DNA of 50,900 bases. Source: Bdellovibrionales bacterium (GTDB lineage Bacteria > Bdellovibrionota > Bdellovibrionia > Bdellovibrionales > JAGQZY01). The translations under genes and the position numbers were made by a program. Positions 8,227 through 17,831 of the stretch are shown here, piece by piece. The notes below the pieces were generated by a model. The model was not told the DNA's origin. It saw only the letters and a program-made list of their open reading frames with translations, and did no database searches. Position 1 is the first letter of the stretch; every line of letters begins with the position of its first letter. The DNA is taken from assembly GCA_031426555.1 (NCBI GenBank), contig JANPLN010000001.1, positions 1-50,900 on the forward strand. Direction: 5' to 3'.

Positions 8227-9866
8227 ATCCCGCCCGCGCTGCCTTCGGAGCGGGAATCGTAGGCGCCCTCTAAAATTCCGTCGTCGCGCAAATGAATGCC
8301 GTTTACTTTTGTGGTCCACGACACCTGCGTTTTGTGTCCCATTTTTTCTAAAGCTTTTTGGGAATCGTAAGAAAACTGGAATTCATCGATAAACAATGTA
8401 TCTGGCAAAAACTGGTGGTGAATGCGCGGTGTTTGAATCGCGCGATCCATATTGTATCCATTAGCCACAACCCGGTACCACGATTGAAACACGCCGGTAA
8501 TAATGCGCGGCCCACCGGCACCGCCCACGCCTACGACTGTTTTATTATTTTTTGTCACGATGGTAGGACTCATGGAGCTGAGCGGGCGCTTCCCGGCGCG
8601 CACATCGTTGGCTTTTCCTTGGATGAGTCCGTACATATTCGGTTTGTCGCTGATGGTGGTAAAATCGTCCATTTCGTTATTGAGCGCGATACCATATTTC
8701 TCACTGACCATGGCAGAACCATAGGTGCCGTTGAGAGTGATGGTCATTACCACGGTGTTGCCATCGGCATCCATCACAGTAAAATTAGTGGTCTCGGTGC
8801 TCTCTTTGCCAAGGAGCTCGTCGGTTAAAGGCTTTAAGTGCACCCTCTTTTTTGAGTTGATTTGTTTTGCCAAGTTCTTGATGTAGGTGTCGCTTGTGAG
8901 CTCGGTCACAGGATTTTTGTTAAAGTCAGGATCGCCCAAAAGACTGCGTCCACGAAAAACAAATTTAAAAATTTCCGCGAGCAAATGTGATTCCTCTGCC
9001 GAAGCGGGAGCTTTCTTTGCCATTTCGGTTTTTTCAATCAAACCCAAAATTCCCGAAGTCAAAACACCACTGCTGGAGGGTGGTGGCATCATATACACCG
9101 AGTGTCCCATAAACTCTTTTTTGATGGGCGTGAGCCAGCGCACTTTGTAATTCTGCAGATCTTGAATAGCTATGACGCCACCTGGTTTTTTAAGCGTCGC
9201 CACAATATCTTTTCCTATATCGCCGCCGTAAAAGGCTTTGATCCCTTCATCGCGCAGTTTTTTTAAAGCCTTTGCCAATTGCGGCTGCCGAAGAATTTCG
9301 CCGGGTTTATAGGATTGACCATTTTTAAAGAAATATTTTTTCCCAGACGTATTAAAATCATTTTTAGTTTCTTCGGTGTCGCGCACCCAATCTCCACTCA
9401 CGGGAAAGCCCTGCTCGGCAAAACGAACAGGTTCTTCGAAAAGCTGTTTCCATTTTAGCTTTCCATATTTCTGATGTATCTCCCACAAACCGAGGGGAAT
9501 TCCCGGCGTAGCCACCGCCAGAGGCCCAGTGATCGAAGCTTTTTCGGGACGATCCTTGTAAAAACCAGGATGCGTAAGAATGGGCGCCGTTTCGCGAAAA
9601 TCAACAGCAACAGGATCGGCATTGTTCATGCGAACCATGGCAAAACCACCACCACCTAAGGACGCAAAGTAAGGACTCGTCACCGAAAGCGTCAGCTCCA
9701 CCGCAACAGCCACATCAACAACGTTGCCCCCCATTTTCGAAATCTTCTGCGCCACAGGAATCACCAGTTGCGTAGGCGCCGCCACCATTATCTTGTGCCC
9801 CTCCGCCGGAATCCCCAACGCCACGTTCGCAGAAAAAATGAAGAGAAAAAGACATGCAAGTTTCAT
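8223..9866 (-). CDS. ggt: Gamma-glutamyltransferase (periplasmic)
   Basis: Signal peptide, GGNVVDVAVA, DFRETAP, autocleavage ET-TNFTVMD, LNNEMDDF, KRPLSSMSP and GGAGGPRI. Confidence 0.97.
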   Translation of the reverse strand: MKLACLFLFIFSANVALGIPAEGHKIMVAAPTQLVIPVAQKISKMGGNVVDVAVAVELTLSVTSPYFASLGGGGFAMVRMNNADPVAVDFRETAPILTHPGFYKDRPEKASITGPLAVATPGIPLGLWEIHQKYGKLKWKQLFEEPVRFAEQGFPVSGDWVRDTEETKNDFNTSGKKYFFKNGQSYKPGEILRQPQLAKALKKLRDEGIKAFYGGDIGKDIVATLKKPGGVIAIQDLQNYKVRWLTPIKKEFMGHSVYMMPPPSSSGVLTSGILGLIEKTEMAKKAPASAEESHLLAEIFKFVFRGRSLLGDPDFNKNPVTELTSDTYIKNLAKQINSKKRVHLKPLTDELLGKESTETTNFTVMDADGNTVVMTITLNGTYGSAMVSEKYGIALNNEMDDFTTISDKPNMYGLIQGKANDVRAGKRPLSSMSPTIVTKNNKTVVGVGGAGGPRIITGVFQSWYRVVANGYNMDRAIQTPRIHHQFLPDTLFIDEFQFSYDSQKALEKMGHKTQVSWTTKVNGIHLRDDGILEGAYDSRSEGSAGGI

Positions 9867-9898
9867 AAGTTGCTCCAAAGGTTTCGGTGCTATCGCTT

Positions 9899-10007
9899 GA
9901 ACTTAATCTAAGCTCTTTTTAGAAATCTTTCAAAAACGAGTTCCGCAGCGAAGCGAGGACTGTCTGAGGCTTTTGAGAGATTTCTAAAAAGAGCTTAGAT
10001 TAAGTTC
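9899..10007. repeat. Long inverted repeat (37-bp arms, 35-nt spacer), MITE/REP-like
   Basis: Arms 9899-9935 and 9971-10007 are reverse complements at 36/37 positions. Spacer contains GCGAAGC. Confidence 0.9.
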
Positions 10008-10080
10008 CCAAGTTGAATATATCGAGGTCTTTGGTCAACTTCTGCTTGCTGATGATGTAAGAATTTGATACCTCGGAGGT

Positions 10081-10776
10081 ATGCAACTCGACGAGTCATT
10101 AATCAGGTCAAAGTTCGGCGCACGACCTCCTTATTTTATCAATCCCTACATCCGACGTATGGAACTGCAAGATGACTGGGTTTTTTCCGAAGAAATTGCC
10201 AGAGAGAACCGCGGTCAGTGGGCGCAAAAACTTCCCAGTGCTTCAAACGCAGTGCATGTGGAGATCGGCACTGGAAATGGATTTCATTTTGCGGAGTACG
10301 CAAAAACCCGTGGCGATGTGGCGTTTTTAGGATTTGAAATCAAGTACAAGACGCTTGTTCAAAGTATAGAGCGCGCACGAGATTTTGAAGCCGTTTGCGC
10401 GCGCATGATCAAAGCCGATGCGCGAAAACTGAGTGAATACTTTGCCCCGAAAGAAGTGGAAAAAGTGATCGTGCACTTTCCAGATCCATGGCCCAAGCGA
10501 AGGCAGCAAAAAAATCGTTTGCTCAACAAGGCTTTTTTTCGTGAATTAGAGATAATTTTAAAAACCGGTGGCGAATTCGAATTCAAAACAGATCACTACG
10601 GTTACTTTTTATTTGCCGCGCGCAACGCTGCGGAATCGCAACTTACCATCACTCATTACACCGAAGATCTTCACCATTCTTTTGTCGCCGGTGAAAACTT
10701 TGTAACTGCCTTTGAAGCCCTTTTTTTAAAAAAGGGCCAAAGTATTTTTTCGTTTAAATTGCGTAAAGAATTTTAA
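10081..10776 (+). CDS. trmB: tRNA (guanine-N7)-methyltransferase
   Basis: VEIGTGNG, FLGFEI, HFPDPWPK, FKTD and TAFE motifs. Confidence 0.95.
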   Translation: MQLDESLIRSKFGARPPYFINPYIRRMELQDDWVFSEEIARENRGQWAQKLPSASNAVHVEIGTGNGFHFAEYAKTRGDVAFLGFEIKYKTLVQSIERARDFEAVCARMIKADARKLSEYFAPKEVEKVIVHFPDPWPKRRQQKNRLLNKAFFRELEIILKTGGEFEFKTDHYGYFLFAARNAAESQLTITHYTEDLHHSFVAGENFVTAFEALFLKKGQSIFSFKLRKEF

Positions 10777-10778
10777 TT

Positions 10779-12173
10779 TTATCGCACAACGCAGCGGTCA
10801 TAGGTGACATCCGTGCGCACGGTGTTGATAAAGTCGGCGGTGGTCTGTGCCGGATTTTTAAAATAGCGACCAAACTTTGCGCGTACTTGATCATAAAACA
10901 AATTCCAATGAGGGCGGGAGCCATCGACTTGATTCGAGAGAGCGCCTTGCAGAAGATTTGTTGTCTGCCATTGATCATCAACGAGCAGAGTTTGAAACTG
11001 AATTTTAAAATTAAATAGATACTGAATGCCAACGAAGTCGGGATGAACTTGAAATGGCGAAGTCGTTATATTCGGGCGGCGTAAAATTTCGGTGTCACAG
11101 TGGAGGCTCCCTTGAAAAACTCCTTCCACCACAATTTCTTGGTTCGCCGGAAGTTCAAGAACCCACTCGTTATCGGTCGAAGAAACAAGATACGGCGTGC
11201 TTTGCAAAGACCACGTTAGGGGGAAATCTCGCTGGTTGCCAATATAGCCAACGGGTCCCAACCCCGAATACACGGGTACAAAGGCCATGCGATTTTCCAA
11301 TAAGTCTTTCGCTCTCACTTTAACCCCAAAGTTGTTAGGATTGCTCACACGCAGAGTGATCACATGTCGTGGGGCGAGTTCTACAGACGCTCCAGAAAAT
11401 TGATGGAGCTCGGGGCGAATCAGTAATTCTTTCGGTTGAAATGCCAACTGAAAGCGGGGAGATAAAGAAACAGTATCGCCATCTTTGACAAAAATTCGGC
11501 AGAGTTGTGTGGCTTTTTGCCACGTCGACATATCTGTGGAACTGGAGTTCATCACGTCCTCCCACGTCGTCGCACTGTTTGCGATTTTTTGAAAGTCCTC
11601 GCACAAAAGATGCTGGCGTTCACCGCTTGGAGCCGCCTGCGTTTTTAGGTTTTCAAACAGCAATGGTGCTGATGAGTCTTGAAACGCTGGGATATTGTTG
11701 AAGTCTGCAGAATTTTTAATTGTGATGTTATCTAGAGGATAGATGGCCTGGGACGAAAACGCATCGACGATGGTGAGTACCAATCGACAGTTTAAAGGAT
11801 TTTTGCTGAGGGATAATAATGACTGAGGAGCTAAAACATTTAAAACGGGAATGGAAAAGCGATTCTGAAAATAAACATCGCTGTAGAGATCGCCAGAAGC
11901 AGTTTCAGTTCGACACCAGGACTGTACGCGCACGGTGATGGGATTTGCTTTGAAATCCTGCTGGCGAAGCATATCAATGGCTAGCTCGCCTCCCAACTCC
12001 AATTGGCGAATATCTTGCGCCCATTGCATTTTTCGTTGTGAATCCAGCGCGCCAACGTTTTGTCCGGCCACCGGAGCCGGTTGATAGGTGTCCGATGTGT
12101 CCTGAGAGCAGGACACCAATCCTAAAACCAGGATAAACCACGTACAGATACTATATTTTATTTTTAAAGCCAT
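10779..12173 (-). CDS. Hypothetical lipoprotein
   Basis: Lipobox LVSC after a hydrophobic stretch, 464 aa, AAGGAGG RBS. Confidence 0.8.
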   Translation of the reverse strand: MALKIKYSICTWFILVLGLVSCSQDTSDTYQPAPVAGQNVGALDSQRKMQWAQDIRQLELGGELAIDMLRQQDFKANPITVRVQSWCRTETASGDLYSDVYFQNRFSIPVLNVLAPQSLLSLSKNPLNCRLVLTIVDAFSSQAIYPLDNITIKNSADFNNIPAFQDSSAPLLFENLKTQAAPSGERQHLLCEDFQKIANSATTWEDVMNSSSTDMSTWQKATQLCRIFVKDGDTVSLSPRFQLAFQPKELLIRPELHQFSGASVELAPRHVITLRVSNPNNFGVKVRAKDLLENRMAFVPVYSGLGPVGYIGNQRDFPLTWSLQSTPYLVSSTDNEWVLELPANQEIVVEGVFQGSLHCDTEILRRPNITTSPFQVHPDFVGIQYLFNFKIQFQTLLVDDQWQTTNLLQGALSNQVDGSRPHWNLFYDQVRAKFGRYFKNPAQTTADFINTVRTDVTYDRCVVR

Positions 12174-12198
12174 AAAGCCTCCTTGTGGAGGGCCTTAT

Positions 12199-12214
12199 CG
12201 CAAGATCAGGGCCA
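12199..12214 (-). promoter_or_regulatory. sigma54 promoter of the lipoprotein gene
   Basis: Minus strand TGGCCC-TGATC-TTGCG with GG-N10-GC spacing. Confidence 0.6.
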
Positions 12215-12256
12215 GTATTTCCGAAGGGAGCTTCGAAGAAGCGACTATTTACTAAC

Positions 12257-12541
12257 CTACCAGTAAGTGGACGTGACAGTGAGATCGCCCAGCGGGTAGC
12301 ACTGGCAACTGATGCGCTGATGGGGAGCGAGAAAATACTTATCGATGAGTTTTTGTTCTAACGGCGCAATGGCGCTCACGTTTTCGATACCTTCCGCCAC
12401 CGTTATTCGGCACTTCCCGCACACGCCATCGCCCAAGCACGAAGACGCCACGGGAATGTCATGTTTACGTAAAGTTTGAAACACGGTCTCGGAGGGCGAT
12501 CCTTCCAAGGATTTGTTCAGTTGAGGCAAGGTGAGTTTCAT
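12257..12541 (-). CDS. 2Fe-2S ferredoxin
   Basis: C-x5-C-x2-C (SSCLGDGVCGKC) plus RISCQC. Start reassigned to MKLTLPQ, which removes the overlap with the SDR gene. Confidence 0.9.
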   Translation of the reverse strand: MKLTLPQLNKSLEGSPSETVFQTLRKHDIPVASSCLGDGVCGKCRITVAEGIENVSAIAPLEQKLIDKYFLAPHQRISCQCYPLGDLTVTSTYW

Positions 12542-12569
12542 GAGAAGAGTGTAACTTAGGAACAGGCAC

Positions 12570-13223
12570 ATGAAAAAAGAAAATATTTTTATAATTGGGG
12601 CGCGACGAGGCCTGGGGAAGGAAATTCTAGAGCAATGGCGCCAGAATTTTCCCAACGATGTGGTGGCCGGGTCCTCACGGCGTGAATTTGTTGCGGAGGG
12701 TGTGCAAACCTTCGTTTTTGATTTGTCTGTCCCGCAGCAAACGGAAGATCTCTTAAAAAGCCTTAGCCACTTTGCACCCACTAAAGTTTTTTATGTGGCC
12801 GGAGGCGGTCCTTACGGGGACTTTGCCGAAAAGGACTGGAAAGACCACCTTTGGGCCCTCCAAGTAAGCTTATTAAGCCCCCTTCGGGTGCTGCATTTTT
12901 GCCTCGGTCTACCCTCGGTTGAGCAGTTCGTTGTGGTTGGATCGGCCATTGCCGAAAGCCAACCGGACCCGGGTGCAGCGAGTTATGCCGCTGCTAAACA
13001 CGGACTCATGGGCTGCATAAGTTCTTTGCAGGGAGAGGTTCGCAAGGATGTTCGGCTGTTTAGCCCAGGCTATATGAGCACGGATATGCTGCCGACCCAG
13101 GCGCAGGCAAGAATTGGACAAAAGGGGTCCATTGACAGTGCTGAATTGGTGGCCAGATTATTCATTGAATGGACGCAAAATCCCCAGGCGTCATGGCACT
13201 GGGAAGGTCGACCGCGCACTTAG
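12570..13223 (+). CDS. Short-chain dehydrogenase/reductase
   Basis: GARRGLG Rossmann motif, YAAAK catalytic motif and SPGYM.T. Confidence 0.88.
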   Translation: MKKENIFIIGARRGLGKEILEQWRQNFPNDVVAGSSRREFVAEGVQTFVFDLSVPQQTEDLLKSLSHFAPTKVFYVAGGGPYGDFAEKDWKDHLWALQVSLLSPLRVLHFCLGLPSVEQFVVVGSAIAESQPDPGAASYAAAKHGLMGCISSLQGEVRKDVRLFSPGYMSTDMLPTQAQARIGQKGSIDSAELVARLFIEWTQNPQASWHWEGRPRT

Positions 13224-13256
13224 GTTGTGTTAACGTTTCCCACTTCGAGGTGAAAA

Positions 13257-14186
13257 ATGAGTCAGGTAGAAAATGTGATTATTATTGGTTCTGGGCCCGC
13301 TGGTTTAACGGCTGCTATTTACAATGCGCGCGCGCTCCTAAAACCTTTTATGATTGAGGGCGAAGAAGTGGGCGGTCAGCTGATGACAACCACCGAAGTT
13401 GAAAACTGGCCAGGCTTTGAACATGGAATCATGGGGCCTGAACTTATGGATGTTATTAAAAAACAAGCAGAGCGTTTTGGTACGCGCTTTCTTTCGCGCA
13501 ATGTGACGAAAGTGGATTTTTCTGCGCGACCATTTAAAATGTGGGTGGGCGATGAGCTCTTTCAATCGCGTGCGGTGATTATTTCGACGGGCGCCAGTGC
13601 AAAATATCTAGGTTTGGAATCCGAAAGGAAATTTTTGGGTCGTGGAGTTTCTGCCTGTGCGACGTGTGATGGAGCATTTTTCCGCAATCAAGAAGTAGTT
13701 ATTGTTGGTGGCGGAGACACGGCCATGGAAGAAGCTACGTTTCTTACACGTTTTGCGAGCAAAGTTTATATCGTGCACAGACGCGATAGTTTTCGCGCTT
13801 CAAAAATCATGGTGGACAAAGCATTAAAAAATCCAAAGATCGAAGTCCTATGGAACTCAGCCATCGAAGATATTATGGGCGACAAAGTTGTAGAGTCGGT
13901 TAAAATTAAAAATCTCGAAAAAAACGAAGTGTATGAGAAAAAGATTCAAGGAGTCTTTATCGCCATTGGCCACAAGCCCAATACAGATTTATTTAAAGGA
14001 CAGCTTGAAATGAATGAAGTGGGTTACTTAACAACAAAACCAGGCACAACATACACGTCGGTAGAGGGTGTGTTTGCTGCTGGAGATGTGGCGGACGACA
14101 TGTATCGTCAGGCGATCACCGCGTCGGGTACGGGCTGCATGGCAGCTATGGATAGTGAACGCTGGCTAGAAATGCAAGGACACTAG
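13257..14186 (+). CDS. trxB: Thioredoxin-disulfide reductase
   Basis: IIGSGPAG, GGQLMTTTEVENWPG, CATCDG, GGGDTAMEEA and AAGDV.D..YRQAIT. Confidence 0.98.
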   Translation: MSQVENVIIIGSGPAGLTAAIYNARALLKPFMIEGEEVGGQLMTTTEVENWPGFEHGIMGPELMDVIKKQAERFGTRFLSRNVTKVDFSARPFKMWVGDELFQSRAVIISTGASAKYLGLESERKFLGRGVSACATCDGAFFRNQEVVIVGGGDTAMEEATFLTRFASKVYIVHRRDSFRASKIMVDKALKNPKIEVLWNSAIEDIMGDKVVESVKIKNLEKNEVYEKKIQGVFIAIGHKPNTDLFKGQLEMNEVGYLTTKPGTTYTSVEGVFAAGDVADDMYRQAITASGTGCMAAMDSERWLEMQGH

Positions 14187-14187
14187 T

Positions 14188-14685
14188 GTGAAAAAAAAAT
14201 CCTTTGATACAAAAATTCTCGTAGATAAAATCGAAAAGATCACAAAAGAGCGCTTGCTCAGCGAAAGCATCGTCAGCCTCGATGAGTTTCGCAAACTTAA
14301 AAACAAAAAAGAAAACAAATGTATTTTAATCATCGAAGACGATGAAACCATGCGCTCTGCAATGAAGCGTCTTTTCGAGGGCGAAGGCTACAACGTAAAG
14401 ACCGCAGCCGATGGAACACAGCTGTCATCGGTCCTCGATGATTCCCCCATTGATTTAATCATTCTCGACATCGGATTGCCATGGATCAACGGTTACGAAC
14501 TTGCGAAACTCCTCAAAGAACATGAAGAACTTAAATCCATCCCCTTGATTTTTGTATCTGGAAAAACCAGCGAGCTGGACGTAAAGCGCGGCTTCGAAGT
14601 GGGCGCCGATGAGTACATCAAAAAACCCTTCGACGTGGACCACATGAAAAAAGTGGTGCAACAGCTATTAAAGGTGAATCCTTAG
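14188..14685 (+). CDS. Single-domain response regulator with N-terminal extension
   Basis: IEDD, LDIGLP (phospho-Asp), SG and YIKKPF receiver motifs. About 40-aa basic leader and no output domain. Confidence 0.9.
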   Translation: MKKKSFDTKILVDKIEKITKERLLSESIVSLDEFRKLKNKKENKCILIIEDDETMRSAMKRLFEGEGYNVKTAADGTQLSSVLDDSPIDLIILDIGLPWINGYELAKLLKEHEELKSIPLIFVSGKTSELDVKRGFEVGADEYIKKPFDVDHMKKVVQQLLKVNP

Positions 14686-14819
14686 AAAAAGGTAAACACT
14701 TTTACTGAAATCTGTAAACAACCTATTCTATTTAGCAAATTAAACGTTGACCGTAGGTCCAGGACACGTTTGCAAACAAGAGCTTCAGTAGTATAATTTG
14801 CTATGAATAAGGAGTTTAT

Positions 14820-15362
14820 ATGAAAATAAAAAGTATTCTGAGTTTAAGTGCCATGGTTCTTTTAATTGGCTGCCAAACCTCAAAAAGAGATATTGCTGAA
14901 GTAACACAGACTGACGAAAGCGTTAAAGCAGATCAATATGCGGGAGACGAACAACGAATTGTTGCTTACCCGAGGGGAAGTACAGGGGAGGTATTTGTTC
15001 GCGATACGTCTCATCCAAAATTAGGCGAAGCCTATCGAGACTCTCAGGGCTTGATTTGGGGCAGTGTTGTTTCAACCTCGATGAATCAAAATGATGCTTA
15101 TAAGGCTTGCAAGAAAATTGGCGCACGCTTACCAACACTCGAAGAATTTAAACGTCTGCGAAATTATCTGACGGACTACGGGAGAGTTGCTTTTAATAAA
15201 ACAGTTGACGGTAAAGAAGTTCTGCCTGGATTTTCTAACGATTATTTTTGGTCTTCTTCAACGGAATTTGGAGTTCATGGTGACGCTCCCGTGGGGCGCA
15301 ATGGCGACATCGGCTACCACCACCCCCACAGCGTGAGCGCGGTTCGCTGCGTGGCCAACTAG
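14820..15362 (+). CDS. Lipoprotein with a DUF1566/Lcl (C-type-lectin-fold) C-terminal domain
   Basis: Lipobox LLIGC, then GLIW, A..AC...GARLPTLEE, YFWSSS and terminal AVRCV motifs. Confidence 0.8.
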   Translation: MKIKSILSLSAMVLLIGCQTSKRDIAEVTQTDESVKADQYAGDEQRIVAYPRGSTGEVFVRDTSHPKLGEAYRDSQGLIWGSVVSTSMNQNDAYKACKKIGARLPTLEEFKRLRNYLTDYGRVAFNKTVDGKEVLPGFSNDYFWSSSTEFGVHGDAPVGRNGDIGYHHPHSVSAVRCVAN

Positions 15363-16171
15363 CGATCGTTTGCATTTCGCAAGTTTTCTAAAGTGAGTTG
15401 GCTTGCGAGGATCAAACCGAACATGAGCACGGTGGCGGCGGTGAAGCCCCACCAGATGTTGCGGGTGAGTTCGTCTTTGGCGTCGTAGATCATCAGGCCC
15501 CACGATGGTGTCCCTGGGGCGACCCCCAATCCGAGAAAGCTTAAGACCACTTCGATTTTTACCACCGAAATAAAAATGAGTCCTGCCTGAACAATAATGA
15601 GGTGGGAGATATTCGGCATGATTTCTTGCCACAGAATTTTAAATGTTGTTTGTCCTTGGGCTTGAGCCGCTAAAATATAATCCATTTTTTTGATTTTCAT
15701 GGTTTCGGCGCGGATGATTTTGCAGAGGGTGGTCCACGAGGTGAGGCCCAGTGCTAAAAACACATTGATCAACCCTTGGCCCAAAGCAAAGGCGAAAGCG
15801 GCAAGCAATAGAATGTATGGGATCGAATCCAGCGTGGTGTAAAACCAAACCACCACGTCGTCGATCCAGCCACCGAAAAATCCGGCGATGGAGCCAAGAA
15901 GCATAGCAATGAAAAGAGCAATGGCGGTGGAGCAGACTCCGATGAGCACAGCGTTTTTTGTTGCCTGCATGGATCTTTCTAAGACCGAGCGACCGAAAAG
16001 GTCAGTGCCCAGCCAATGGTGAGCTGATGGCGGTTGAAATGAAAGCTCGTTGTGTGTGATTTCGAAACGCGAAGCAAGTAAGCCCGACAGGCAGCCCACG
16101 GTGATCAGTACGTAAACCATCAAAACCGTTAGGGGTAACCAAAAAGAAAGTGGTTTTGTTTGAATGCTCAC
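15359..16171 (-). CDS. Peptide/nickel ABC transporter permease (OppC/DppC-like)
   Basis: PPS..HWLGTD.FGR, EAA-like loop DYILAAQAQG, LSFLGLG...P..PSWG. GTGA overlap with the upstream permease. Confidence 0.92.
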   Translation of the reverse strand: MSIQTKPLSFWLPLTVLMVYVLITVGCLSGLLASRFEITHNELSFQPPSAHHWLGTDLFGRSVLERSMQATKNAVLIGVCSTAIALFIAMLLGSIAGFFGGWIDDVVVWFYTTLDSIPYILLLAAFAFALGQGLINVFLALGLTSWTTLCKIIRAETMKIKKMDYILAAQAQGQTTFKILWQEIMPNISHLIIVQAGLIFISVVKIEVVLSFLGLGVAPGTPSWGLMIYDAKDELTRNIWWGFTAATVLMFGLILASQLTLENLRNANDR

Positions 16172-17100
16172 AACCACTCCAGTCGCGGGTTCAGTAAGAA
16201 AGCTACGAGATCATTCACAAGATTAAAAAAAATGTAAAGTGCTGTGCCCAGAACAGTGATGGCTTGAATCACCGGAAGATCACTTTCTTGAATGGCTTTT
16301 AGAAGAAGGTGACCAACTCCTGGAATTCCAAAATAAGTTTCTAGCAAAAGAGACCCGGTAATCAGCGAAGGCACTTGCGACGTCACAAGAGTCAAAATAG
16401 GGATGGAGGCATTTTTAAATACATGCACTCCAAATATCGAAAGTGGGGAGAGTCCTTTGGCGTAGGCCGTGCGAACATAATCCTGTTGTAACTCATTAAA
16501 GAGGGCTGCTCGAAAAATAAAAACCTTGGGCGCAAGTGTTGCTACGACGTAAATAAAACATGGGAGAGCAATGTAGGACCAGCGTGCCGTCCAGCTAGGA
16601 TCCCATCCGTAAACGGGAAACAGATTCCATTGAAATGCCAGCCATTGTTGTGCCACCAGGATAAACACCACAAAACTAAAACTCATTAAGAGGGTGCAAA
16701 ATAAATAGATTGTTTGATCCCAATATGATTTTTTAGAGGCAGCAACAAATGCAAAAACGAGAGCAAGCAGCACGGAAATGATGAATGCCGGAACGGTTAA
16801 ACTTAACGAGGCGCCAATGCTCGAAAACATCATGCTGCTGACTTTTTGTTTTGTGGCCCAACTGAGTCCCCAATCCAACGTCACGGAATTTCTTAAATAG
16901 TCGGCTAATTGAAGTGGCAGTGATTGATCCAGGCCCAATTCGTGGCGAGTTTGGGCGAGGGATTCGGCGCTCGCGTTTTTACCAGCTAAAATGGCGGCCG
17001 GATCTCCGCCGACCACATAGAACAAACAGAAAATAATTATGATCACGCTTAAAAACGTGATCAGGGCGCTGATGATGCGTCGAAAGAAAAATAGCGACAT
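16168..17100 (-). CDS. Peptide/nickel ABC transporter permease (OppB/DppB-like)
   Basis: GGDPA, LGLD..L..Q, DYVRTAYAKGL, ETYFGIPGVG and D.PVIQ. Confidence 0.93.
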   Translation of the reverse strand: MSLFFFRRIISALITFLSVIIIIFCLFYVVGGDPAAILAGKNASAESLAQTRHELGLDQSLPLQLADYLRNSVTLDWGLSWATKQKVSSMMFSSIGASLSLTVPAFIISVLLALVFAFVAASKKSYWDQTIYLFCTLLMSFSFVVFILVAQQWLAFQWNLFPVYGWDPSWTARWSYIALPCFIYVVATLAPKVFIFRAALFNELQQDYVRTAYAKGLSPLSIFGVHVFKNASIPILTLVTSQVPSLITGSLLLETYFGIPGVGHLLLKAIQESDLPVIQAITVLGTALYIFFNLVNDLVAFLLNPRLEWL

Positions 17101-17156
17101 TCGATGAGAGTAGCCAAAAAAATCAGCCGTGGACAGCGCTATTTGCAGAGTCTATA

Positions 17157-17813
17157 GTGTTCGTCATGCGACGTTCCGATGGCCAGACCGATGATCTTAT
17201 TGCAAATTATATTCAGTCCCTGAAGGGCGAGTTGTCTCCCGCGCTTAAAAAAATTGGCGAACAGTTGGTGCAAGATAAAAAATGGGGAATTAATATCGGC
17301 TCGGGTGAGGGACATATTTTACAGTTTTTGATTCAAAGTTTTAAGGTCAAAAATATCCTCGAGATCGGCACGCAGTACGGGTACTCCACCCAGTGGATGC
17401 TCGAAGCGCTACCGTCCAAGGGTTCGATCTGCACGCTTGAGAGAGACGAAGCTCATCATGCCATGGCGAAGTCCTTGGTGCGTGACCCGCGCGTGACTTT
17501 TCTGCTGGGCGATGCGGTGAAGATTCTACAGTCCTTCGATGATAAAACTTTCGATCTTATTTTTATCGACGCCAACAAAAAGGCGTATCCTACATATCTA
17601 GACTGGGCCCTCGAGCACGTTTCAGCGGGAGGCCTCATTGTCGGCGACAATACGTTCCTGTTTGGTCAAGTGTATGCCGAAGAACCCGATCCGCAAAAAA
17701 ATGAACTGCGTAAGTCTATGCACGATTTTAACCAGCGACTTTTGGCCGACCCGCGATTTTTCAGCTGCCTGCTCCCAACATCTGAGGGGCTGACCATTGC
17801 TATCAAAAAATAA
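17157..17813 (+). CDS. O-methyltransferase (caffeoyl-CoA OMT/TrmR-like family)
   Basis: ILEIGTQYGYS, FDLIFIDANK..Y and GGLIVGDN. Alternative start at ATG 17166. Confidence 0.9.
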   Translation: MFVMRRSDGQTDDLIANYIQSLKGELSPALKKIGEQLVQDKKWGINIGSGEGHILQFLIQSFKVKNILEIGTQYGYSTQWMLEALPSKGSICTLERDEAHHAMAKSLVRDPRVTFLLGDAVKILQSFDDKTFDLIFIDANKKAYPTYLDWALEHVSAGGLIVGDNTFLFGQVYAEEPDPQKNELRKSMHDFNQRLLADPRFFSCLLPTSEGLTIAIKK

Positions 17814-17831
17814 CTATGCTTAAGTAAAGAG

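Noticed and set aside
9940..9960. CGCAGCGAA in the IR spacer as the DGR template for 15339-15352
   Set aside because: Only about 9 nt match the reverse complement, and there is no AAC-rich extension.
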